Positions 57,079 through 64,000 of a stretch of 64,000 bases of DNA are shown in pieces. Each line of letters starts with the position of its first letter. Within the stretch, counting starts at the first letter, position 1. Made by a program: the position numbers and the translations under genes. This DNA is from Polyangiales bacterium (GTDB lineage Bacteria; Myxococcota_A; Polyangia; Polyangiales; Houyiibacteriaceae). A model generated the notes under the pieces. That model was not told the DNA's origin, searched no databases, and saw nothing but the letters and a program-made list of their open reading frames with translations. The stretch covers positions 147,708-211,707 of the forward strand of contig JBFGKE010000001.1 in NCBI GenBank assembly GCA_041576815.1, read 5' to 3'.

Positions 57079-57252
57079 ATGCTCCCAGGCTTCATCATCG
57101 ACCAAATCCGCCAGCGCGAGGAAGAGGAGCGGGGGAAGCGCCGACACCACCAGGTCGAGCTTCCGCTGCCGGCCCGCGAGGGGTCTCGTGCGCCGGAGGG
57201 CGACGAGGAGTCGGACCGGGGCGTCGTCATCATCGATCTTCTCCCTGACTGA
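57079..57252 (+). CDS. Small hypothetical protein (57 aa), missed by the ORF track
   Basis: AGAGGA SD then ATG; MLPGFIIDQIRQREEEERGKRRHHQVELPLPAREGSRAPEGDEESDRGVVIIDLLPD*. Confidence 0.7.
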   Translation: MLPGFIIDQIRQREEEERGKRRHHQVELPLPAREGSRAPEGDEESDRGVVIIDLLPD

Positions 57253-57272
57253 CGATCCGCTACACTGCGGGT

Positions 57273-59660
57273 GTGCCAGACCGTGCCTTAGTGGGCCTCG
57301 AGGGTGTCATCGAGGCGCTTCACGCCGCGCTCGAGGCGCCGGCCTGCGGAGAGCGCGCGGCTCTGGAAGCCGAGCTGGCCTGGTGCCACGCTGAGCGGGG
57401 CGAGCTCGGAGAAGCGTTTCGGCGCCTCTGGGAGGCCGATCGGGGCGCCGGCGAGAGCGACTCGCTCCGACTGCGAACCCGCGCGGAGCTCCAGGCGTTT
57501 TGTGGAAACGAGGACGCCGCCCTAGCGTTGATCGCCGGGCTCGACGACGAGCCGGGATCGAACCTCGTACGCGCCCGCGTCGCCGCTTCACGAGGGGACT
57601 GGGAGCTGGCCTCCGAGCATGCGAGCGCGGCGGTCCGCTCCAGCGATTCCGTGCAGGCGCGCCTGCTCTTCGCGCGAGTCCGGTTCGAGCTCGGACGCCC
57701 CGAAGAGGCGCGCGAGATACTCGACCCAATCGAGCCTGCAACGCCGGTCGACGCCATGCGAATCGACGCGATGCGGGCGCGTCTCGTTGCCGACGACCCG
57801 CGGACGGCCCTTCGAGAGATCAATGCCCGAGCCAGAAAGGCCGGTGCGCTGCGGACGCAGGCCGAGACCTGGGGTTGGCTCGCCGAGTGCTGCCGATCCG
57901 ACGGTGACGGCGAAGAGATGCGAAAGGCATCGATGCGAGCGGTCGAGCTTTGGGACGAGATGGCCACGTCGCTGCCTCCTCCGCTTCGTGCAGGCTTTTG
58001 GACCGACGCACAGCGAAGGGCGGTTCGCAACGCCTCGAAGCGTACGAAGGACGAAACCGCGGGGCCCGGCATCGCTGCGCTTGCGCCGCTCCTCGCGAAC
58101 CTTCGCCGTCTCGCGAGCGAGCGTGACCTCGCGGTGCTGCTGAAGGTCATCACCGACGGTGCCGTCTCTTTGAGCGGTGCAGAGCGCGGTTTCGTGCTCT
58201 TGGTCGATGACCGCGGCGCATTGGAAGCCAAGACGGTGCGCAGCGCCGAAAGCGAGCTCGGCGAGCCGACCGCCGCCTTCAGCCGTTCGATCGCAGAAAC
58301 GGTGCTCATCGACGGGGACCCGGTGGTGACCGTCGATGCGACGCACGACGCACGGGTGCAGGACTACATGTCGGTTCACCAGCTCATGCTGAAGTCGGTG
58401 GCCTGTCTGCCGATCGAGTCTCGCGGCCGGGTATGGGGCGTGCTCTACCTCGAGCACCGGAGCGCGAGCGGGCGCTTCTCCGGCACGGATTTGTCGTTGC
58501 TGCGAGCCTACGCAGATCAGGCCGCCATCGCGATCGAGACTTCCCACCTGTTCGACCAAATCGAGTCGCAGAACGAAGCGGTCGAGCGTGCCAACGTCGC
58601 ACTGCGCGAAGCCAACGAGCAACTCGAGCAGCGCCTGCTCGGGCAGACGGAAGCGCTTCACCGATCGCGACGTGAAATCGCCACGCTGCAGGGCTCGGCG
58701 GTGACCGGCGAGCGTTGGGGGCTGGTGGGCGGCAGCGAGGGGATGCGAACCGTGTACGACGTGCTCGACCGCGTCGCGACCAACGAGGTGCCGGTGGTGA
58801 TCACCGGTGAAAGTGGTACGGGCAAAGAGCTCGTCGCGCGGGCAATCCATCGTGGCAGCACCCGCGCGGACGGGCCATTCGTGTCGCTCAACTGCGGGGC
58901 GATCCCCGAAGGCCTTCTGGAGAGCGAGCTCTTCGGTCACGTAGCAGGCGCGTTTACCGGCGCCACACACGCACGCGAGGGTGTTTTTCAGCAGGCTCAC
59001 GGGGGAACGCTGTTCATGGATGAAATCGCGGACATGCCGCCTCGAATGCAGCTCGACCTGCTGCGCGTGCTTCAAGAGCGGCGCGTGAGGCCGGTCGGAA
59101 GCGCGGACGAGAGGCCCGTCGACGTGCGATTGCTCACGGCGAGCAAGCAGCCTTTGCGCCAGCTGATCGAGAACGGGACGCTTCGCGAAGACCTGTACTA
59201 CCGGCTGGCAGTCGTCGAGCTTCCGCTGCCTCCGCTTCGGGAGCGGCGGTCCGACGTTCCACTGCTCGCCGATCATTTCCTGACCCGCATCGCCGAGGAG
59301 CGCGGGGAGCCCAAGAAGCGCTTGAGCCGAGCCGCGATCGACCGCCTTTGCGCGCACGACTTTCCCGGCAACGTGCGCGAGCTCGAGCATCTCCTCATCA
59401 ACGCGACCGTCTTTGCATCCGGCGATACCATCGAGGCCGACGAGTTGGCGATCGAAGTCGTGGCGGCCACGACCCCCACGACCGGCGAGGCGGGCAACTA
59501 CCGAGATTTCAAACACGCGGAGCGCGATCGAATTCTCGCAATGCTCAACGCACATGGTTGGAATCGCGCCAAAGCCGCCCGGGCGCTCGGCATGGCCCGA
59601 AGGACGTTCTATCGCCGCCTAAAGGAACATGGGATCGAGCTCCCGAAAGGCGGCACGTAG
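57273..59660 (+). CDS. Sigma54-dependent enhancer-binding protein (TPR-like - GAF - AAA+ - Fis HTH)
   Basis: GAF region (LSGAERGF...FSRSI...GVLYLEHR...QAAIAI), GESGTGKE, ESELFGHVAGAFTGA, LFMDEI, FPGNVREL, ARALGMARRTFYRRL. Confidence 0.92.
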   Translation: MPDRALVGLEGVIEALHAALEAPACGERAALEAELAWCHAERGELGEAFRRLWEADRGAGESDSLRLRTRAELQAFCGNEDAALALIAGLDDEPGSNLVRARVAASRGDWELASEHASAAVRSSDSVQARLLFARVRFELGRPEEAREILDPIEPATPVDAMRIDAMRARLVADDPRTALREINARARKAGALRTQAETWGWLAECCRSDGDGEEMRKASMRAVELWDEMATSLPPPLRAGFWTDAQRRAVRNASKRTKDETAGPGIAALAPLLANLRRLASERDLAVLLKVITDGAVSLSGAERGFVLLVDDRGALEAKTVRSAESELGEPTAAFSRSIAETVLIDGDPVVTVDATHDARVQDYMSVHQLMLKSVACLPIESRGRVWGVLYLEHRSASGRFSGTDLSLLRAYADQAAIAIETSHLFDQIESQNEAVERANVALREANEQLEQRLLGQTEALHRSRREIATLQGSAVTGERWGLVGGSEGMRTVYDVLDRVATNEVPVVITGESGTGKELVARAIHRGSTRADGPFVSLNCGAIPEGLLESELFGHVAGAFTGATHAREGVFQQAHGGTLFMDEIADMPPRMQLDLLRVLQERRVRPVGSADERPVDVRLLTASKQPLRQLIENGTLREDLYYRLAVVELPLPPLRERRSDVPLLADHFLTRIAEERGEPKKRLSRAAIDRLCAHDFPGNVRELEHLLINATVFASGDTIEADELAIEVVAATTPTTGEAGNYRDFKHAERDRILAMLNAHGWNRAKAARALGMARRTFYRRLKEHGIELPKGGT

Positions 59661-59668
59661 AGGCTCGT

Positions 59669-60796
59669 TCAGAGGCTTGCGGGCGGGACCGCGCTGGCGG
59701 CGCCCGCGTCGTATTTCTCCGGCGTTTCACCGGGCGGAAGATACAGGGGCGGTTGGCCGGGCCTCGACCAATCGACCCAGTAGACACCTTTCTTCCGAAT
59801 GTCGATGTGTACGAAGCTACTGCGTGGGTAGTATCCGACCCCAACCTTCGTCAGCGTCAAACAGTAGTCGCGAAGCACCTCGTTCGGCACGCCCTCGACA
59901 CGGATGTCGATGGCCTCGCCGGTTGCGTGCCTACTCGCGCCGTTGTTGCCTTCTTGCTCCGAGCGATACGCGCTGACGACGATGATCGTTCGGCCGTTGA
60001 AGTGGTCCGCGAGGTACGACAGCACCCGCATCAAACGGGTGTGCGGCCGCTTCGTCGCGTCGTTCTCGCGGTCTCTGAGGAAACGAGCAAGCCGCTCGCG
60101 CGCTTTGGGATCTGGTTTGCCGTTCTTGTTGAAGAGCCGCACCCGGAGGCTTTCCTGGCTGGCGGGGCGTTCGAGGCTCACCAAGCCGTACAGCACCGCA
60201 TTGCGTGCCTTGGTCGCTTTGGCGCTGGCGCTGTAGCCCGGGAGCTCGAGGCGCTGTCCGATGCGGAGCGTCGTCCCGGGCTTGAGGCCGTTGGCCCGCG
60301 CGAGGGCATTGACGCTGACCTTGTTGAGCTGGGCGATTCCGGTGAGGGTTTGGCCTGGGTAGACGTAGACCACGCCTTTGGGCGGGACTCGGAGCACTTG
60401 GCCGACACGGAGATTGGAGGTCTTCTTCAACCGGTTGGCCGCTGCGAGGTTGGTGACCGACACCCGGTACCGCTTGGCGATCACCCCGAGGGTCTGGCCC
60501 GCCTGAACCGTGTGCCTCCGCTGAGCCTGGGCCGATGTGGTCAACAGAAGGCAGAGGGAAACCACGGCGACGACGCGCCACACCGTGCTGGAGCTCGACG
60601 ACACGACCTCGCGAGTATTGATGAGTCGCCGCGCAGGGCAACTAAGCGGCGCGTGCTCGGTTTTTTTGCCTTCGGCTTCGAGCATTGCCACCATGATTTT
60701 CGACACGTTCGTTCGTTGATAATCGGTGGGTTCGCGCGTCGAGCACAAGCAGTGCCCGACGATCGCGGATGTCTGTGTTCCGCGGGTAAGGTTCAC
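59669..60796 (-). CDS. LysM + DUF882 (YcbK/MepK-like M15 peptidase) cell-wall endopeptidase
   Basis: LysM HTVQAGQTLGVIAKRY and VYPGQTLTGIAQ; M15 SAYRS...SRHATGEAIDI...FVHIDIR. The real start is probably near 60604. Confidence 0.85.
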   Translation of the reverse strand: MNLTRGTQTSAIVGHCLCSTREPTDYQRTNVSKIMVAMLEAEGKKTEHAPLSCPARRLINTREVVSSSSSTVWRVVAVVSLCLLLTTSAQAQRRHTVQAGQTLGVIAKRYRVSVTNLAAANRLKKTSNLRVGQVLRVPPKGVVYVYPGQTLTGIAQLNKVSVNALARANGLKPGTTLRIGQRLELPGYSASAKATKARNAVLYGLVSLERPASQESLRVRLFNKNGKPDPKARERLARFLRDRENDATKRPHTRLMRVLSYLADHFNGRTIIVVSAYRSEQEGNNGASRHATGEAIDIRVEGVPNEVLRDYCLTLTKVGVGYYPRSSFVHIDIRKKGVYWVDWSRPGQPPLYLPPGETPEKYDAGAASAVPPASL

Positions 60797-60838
60797 ATAA
60801 TTTATACATAATTAGCGCCTAATTCAGCACTAATTTTT
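60795..60838. repeat. Four tandem 11-bp imperfect direct repeats with a TAATT core
   Basis: TAATT at 60798, 60809, 60820 and 60831 (exact 11-bp period). Confidence 0.8.
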
Positions 60839-60848
60839 TCTAAGTTGC

Positions 60849-60877
60849 TTGACCCTAGGGCGGTTCGGTCATAGCCT
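60849..60877 (+). promoter_or_regulatory. Putative sigma70 promoter of the HTH-pilMNOP operon
   Basis: TTGACC (60849-60854), 17 nt, TAGCCT (60872-60877). Confidence 0.5.
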
Positions 60878-60924
60878 TGTTGAGGAACGGCGAAGTGCGC
60901 GTTCCTCTTCGATCGAGCCAAGCC

Positions 60925-61248
60925 ATGACCTACGACCCTGAGGCGAACGAAGCGATGCAAAAGCCCGGTGCGCTGGGTACATCCGCCTCGGATGCGAGCG
61001 GCGAGGAAGGGTCTCCGAAGCCGCGAGCGAGCAAGAAAAGTGGCAACAAGCCCAATAATGTTCGCAAGATTCGCATCGAACGCATGATGTCCAAGGCAGA
61101 GTTGGCTCGACGCGCGAACCTATCGGTGTTGACGATTGATCGTGTCGAGAAGGGTTTTGGATGTCGAATGGACACAAAACGAAAGATTCTCGAAGCTTTG
61201 GGTCTGAGACTCGCCGACCGGGTACGGGTGTTTGGCGAGGAGGAGTAG
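60925..61248 (+). CDS. XRE/Cro-type helix-turn-helix protein
   Basis: NNVRKIRIERMMSKAELARRANLSVLTIDRVEKG...KILEALG. Confidence 0.85.
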   Translation: MTYDPEANEAMQKPGALGTSASDASGEEGSPKPRASKKSGNKPNNVRKIRIERMMSKAELARRANLSVLTIDRVEKGFGCRMDTKRKILEALGLRLADRVRVFGEEE

Positions 61249-61257
61249 CGTGCCTAC

Positions 61258-62307
61258 ATGGCGGCAGAGGGGAAGAACTTAATCGGCGTCGACATCGGCT
61301 CGAGCTCGATTAAGGTTTGTGAAATCAAAGAGGGGCGCCGGGGGGCACGGACCATCACCAGGTTCGGGTATCACCCTCTACCTGCCGAAACCATCGTCGA
61401 TGGGCACATCATCAACTCGGGTGCCGTCGTCGAAGGGCTCGAAAAGCTATTCGCGCGCACCAAGCGGCGCAACGTGGCACTTCGTGCAAGCGGCCACAGC
61501 GTGATCATCAAGAAAATCGCGATGCCGCTGATGACGGCCGCCGAGCTCCACGAGCAGATCAACTGGGAGGCCGAGCAGCACATCCCGTTCGATTTGGAGG
61601 AGGTTCACGTCGATTACGAGGTGCTTCACGAACGCGCCGACCACGGGCAAATGGACGTGCTTCTCGTCGCTGCCAAGAAGGAAGAGATCACCGATCTCAC
61701 CAACCTCGCGATGGAAGCTCGACTTCGTCCCATCGTCGTCGACCTCGACGCGTTTACCGTGCAGAACGTGTTCGAGGCCGGGTATGGCGCTGCATCGCCC
61801 GACGAGACCACGGTCCTCGTCCACTGCGGCGCCTCGACCACCACGGTGAACATCCTCGCAGACGGGACGACCGCGTTTACGCGCGACATCGCCAACGGGG
61901 GCAACGCGATCACGGAAGAGATCCAGCGCCAGCTAGGCATCGGCCGCGACGAGGCGGAGTCGTACAAGTGCGGAGGCGAGGGAAGGGGCATCGTTCCTCG
62001 TGAGGTTCCCGAAATCGTCAATCAGGCGGTCGAGCAGCTTGCCGGTGAGATTCAACGCTCGCTGGATTTCTACCTGGCAACGAGCGGGGACCGGGACCTG
62101 ACCCGAATCTGTCTGTCTGGCGGCACGGCCAACATTCAGGCGCTTCTCGAAATTCTCCAGTCCCGCGCCCAGGTGCCGGTGGAGCCCCTCGACCCGACGC
62201 GCGTCGCGGACGTCGATGAGCGCGCCCTCGCGGACCTCCAAGGTCGTGCCGCACAGGCCGTGGTGAGCATCGGGTTGGCGCTGCGGAAAGAAAGGGAGCG
62301 GAACTGA
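61258..62307 (+). CDS. pilM: Type IV pilus assembly protein PilM
   Basis: IGVDIGSSSIKV, SVIIKKI, EAEQHIPF, VLLVAAKK, EIQRSLDFY, LSGGTA. Confidence 0.95.
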   Translation: MAAEGKNLIGVDIGSSSIKVCEIKEGRRGARTITRFGYHPLPAETIVDGHIINSGAVVEGLEKLFARTKRRNVALRASGHSVIIKKIAMPLMTAAELHEQINWEAEQHIPFDLEEVHVDYEVLHERADHGQMDVLLVAAKKEEITDLTNLAMEARLRPIVVDLDAFTVQNVFEAGYGAASPDETTVLVHCGASTTTVNILADGTTAFTRDIANGGNAITEEIQRQLGIGRDEAESYKCGGEGRGIVPREVPEIVNQAVEQLAGEIQRSLDFYLATSGDRDLTRICLSGGTANIQALLEILQSRAQVPVEPLDPTRVADVDERALADLQGRAAQAVVSIGLALRKERERN

Positions 62308-62978
62308 TGATTCGCATCAATCTGCTGCCTTCCGACAGGAAGAAGCGTGCGCGGCGCATCGCCCCGTCGCCGATGCCGACGGGTGACCTGAGCCTCGGCA
62401 CGTGGGGTATCGTCTACGCCGGCGCGATTGCCGTATGGCTCGCCGTTCTCGGAGTCCTCTATTTCGTGCAGAGCGGCGAGGTCGACAAGATCGCGCAAGA
62501 GAACAAGACCCTCGAGGCGCGGCGTGACGAGCTCAAGGCCAAGACCAAGGGTTTGGCGGACGTCGAGGAGCGGCTCGAGAGGAGCCGGCGACTCGAGAAG
62601 GTCGTTCAGGAGCTCGAGCGTGCCCGTAGGGGGCCCACGCGCGCGGTCATGGAGCTTTCGAAGGTGCTGAGCAGCCCTGGAGGCCCGACGATCAATTCCA
62701 AGGAACTCGAGCGCATGCGGGAGGAGAACCCGCTGGCGGGATACAACGAGTCTTGGGACGTTCGACGCTTGTGGATCTCGCGTTTCGAGGAAATCGAGCG
62801 CGAGTGCAAGATCACGGGGATGGGGCGCTCCAACGAGGATGTCGCCGAATTCTTGCGCAGACTCACGCTCAGCGAGATCTACGACGACGTGACGCTTCAG
62901 CGAACGCGCGCGGCGAGCGACCCTGAAACGGGCCTTCAGATGGTCGGCTTCGACATTACCTGCAAGGTGAAATACTGA
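62307..62978 (+). CDS. pilN: Type IV pilus assembly protein PilN
   Basis: MIRINLLP N-terminal motif, single TM, coiled coil, ferredoxin-like C-terminus. Confidence 0.93.
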   Translation: MIRINLLPSDRKKRARRIAPSPMPTGDLSLGTWGIVYAGAIAVWLAVLGVLYFVQSGEVDKIAQENKTLEARRDELKAKTKGLADVEERLERSRRLEKVVQELERARRGPTRAVMELSKVLSSPGGPTINSKELERMREENPLAGYNESWDVRRLWISRFEEIERECKITGMGRSNEDVAEFLRRLTLSEIYDDVTLQRTRAASDPETGLQMVGFDITCKVKY

Positions 62979-63559
62979 TGGCCAGTCTCGAAGATACGTT
63001 CATTGGGCTGCCCGGCTGGGGCAAGGGGCTCGCGCTCGTGGGCGTCTTGGCGCTGCTCGGAGGCGCCTACTACGCTCTCGTTCACAACAACGTTTCGACG
63101 AGCCTCGAAGCCGCGAAAAACAAGAGCAAGCAGCTGCAGGATCAGATTCGCGAGGCGGAGCGCCGAGAAAAGCAGTATCTCGAGCTCACGCAAGAGCTCG
63201 CCAACCGCGAGGTCGCCGATCGGCAGAATCGCCGAATCCTTCCGGAGGATGCCGAGATTGCGGCGTTCCTTCAGGACCTCAACCGTGTTGCCGAGCTCAG
63301 CGGTCTGACGATTCGGCTGGTCGAGCCGCGACCGGAGCAACGACAAGAGCTTTACTCGAAGATTCCGGTCGTCCTCGCGCTGACGGGGCGGTTCCATCAA
63401 ATGGGGAAGTTCTTTTACAACGTCAGCAAGCTCGACCGCGCGATCAGCATGGAGAACATCCGAATGACGAACCCGCAGCTGCTGCCGTCGGGCGAAGTGG
63501 TCATCAAGGTGGACGTCCGTGCGACGACCTATCGACGTCCACCGAGCGAGGGGAAGTAA
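62978..63559 (+). CDS. pilO: Type IV pilus assembly protein PilO
   Basis: Single TM, coiled coil, LPEDAEI..FL, LTGRFHQMGKFF. Confidence 0.92.
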   Translation: MASLEDTFIGLPGWGKGLALVGVLALLGGAYYALVHNNVSTSLEAAKNKSKQLQDQIREAERREKQYLELTQELANREVADRQNRRILPEDAEIAAFLQDLNRVAELSGLTIRLVEPRPEQRQELYSKIPVVLALTGRFHQMGKFFYNVSKLDRAISMENIRMTNPQLLPSGEVVIKVDVRATTYRRPPSEGK

Positions 63560-63565
63560 CGCGCC

Positions 63566-64000
63566 ATGGGCTTCAAGCTTCGCATTTTCGCTGGAGTGCT
63601 CCTGATCGTTCTGTCGGGCATCGTCGGATGCGGCGACGAAGAGGAAGTTGCGGGCTCCATGAGCCTCGGGACCGGCAGCAGCAGCGACAGCAAGAAGAAG
63701 GCCGGCGAGGGTGAGACTGAGGCCGGCGGCACGGTCGCGGACTCCGGTCCAATCATCTACACCGACGAGGATTTCTCGGAGCTCGACATCCAGAACCGCG
63801 ACCCGTTCCGCTCCTTCGCGAAAGCGTTCAAGGCGCAGGCGGCCGCACCGGCGCAGCGTCGCGTACTTCTGCCGAGCACGAGCCTCGATGAAATGAAGCT
63901 CATCGCCATCGTGACCGGCATCGCGACACCACGCGCGATGCTCACCGATACGGCAAGCGTCGGCCATGTCATTCGGCGCGGGGACTACATCGGACGTCCA
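63566..64000 (+). CDS. pilP: Type IV pilus assembly lipoprotein PilP (partial, runs off the window)
   Basis: Manual translation: lipobox IVGC, NRDPFRSF, LDEMKLIAIVTG..PRAML, IRRGDYIG. Confidence 0.88.
   Translation, partial: MGFKLRIFAGVLLIVLSGIVGCGDEEEVAGSMSLGTGSSSDSKKKAGEGETEAGGTVADSGPIIYTDEDFSELDIQNRDPFRSFAKAFKAQAAAPAQRRVLLPSTSLDEMKLIAIVTGIATPRAMLTDTASVGHVIRRGDYIGRP

Noticed and set aside
56955-57233. 92-aa minus-strand ORF in the track
   Set aside because: It is the antisense shadow of the better-supported 57-aa plus-strand ORF with an SD.
43782-60860. TTGAC followed closely by CCTAGG in three promoter regions (43782, 57051, 60849)
   Set aside because: Spacing differs in each case and three instances are too few to define a motif.
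1-64000. tRNA, rRNA, riboswitch (including cobalamin riboswitch), IS/transposase or prophage genes
   Set aside because: None recognisable by eye; intergenic gaps are short. An Infernal/Rfam and tRNAscan run would be needed to exclude them formally.

Overview
A GC-rich, gene-dense window, most likely from a myxobacterium (Myxococcota, Polyangiales-like). This is inferred from MYXO-CTERM-like tails, pilMNOP, a sigma54 activator and HEAT-repeat lipoproteins. I saw no rRNA, tRNA, CRISPR array or transposase. Most of the window is housekeeping: recD2 (partial), maf, yggS, proC, pepP, an AGCS symporter, nuoABCD-G-H-I, recQ, amrB/amrS, metB, ihfB, tyrS, gshA, pyrE, rsmA and pilMNOP (pilP partial). 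The standout is a tightly coupled five-gene operon at 8016-19259. It encodes (1) a CarH-like cobalamin-binding regulator with both photoreceptor motifs, (2) an enediyne-type (PksE-like) iterative PKS whose usual C-terminal PPTase is replaced by two fused E10/CalE7-like hot-dog thioesterases, with no E3/E4/E5 genes, (3) a 6-TM histidine kinase-receiver-PP2C phosphatase that overlaps the PKS stop codon, (4) a STAS/SiaC-like protein and (5) a SiaB-like kinase. My inference is a light/B12-gated polyene pigment or signal system wired to a partner switch. Secondary oddities are tandem gingipain-like C25 proteases with MYXO-CTERM tails, a NuoH with a roughly 85-aa two-helix insertion, a MinD-J-domain-RodZ-HTH fusion with a degenerate Walker A, and a 4x 11-bp TAATT array upstream of the HTH-pilMNOP operon. 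All family calls come from motif recognition by eye; no database searches were run.
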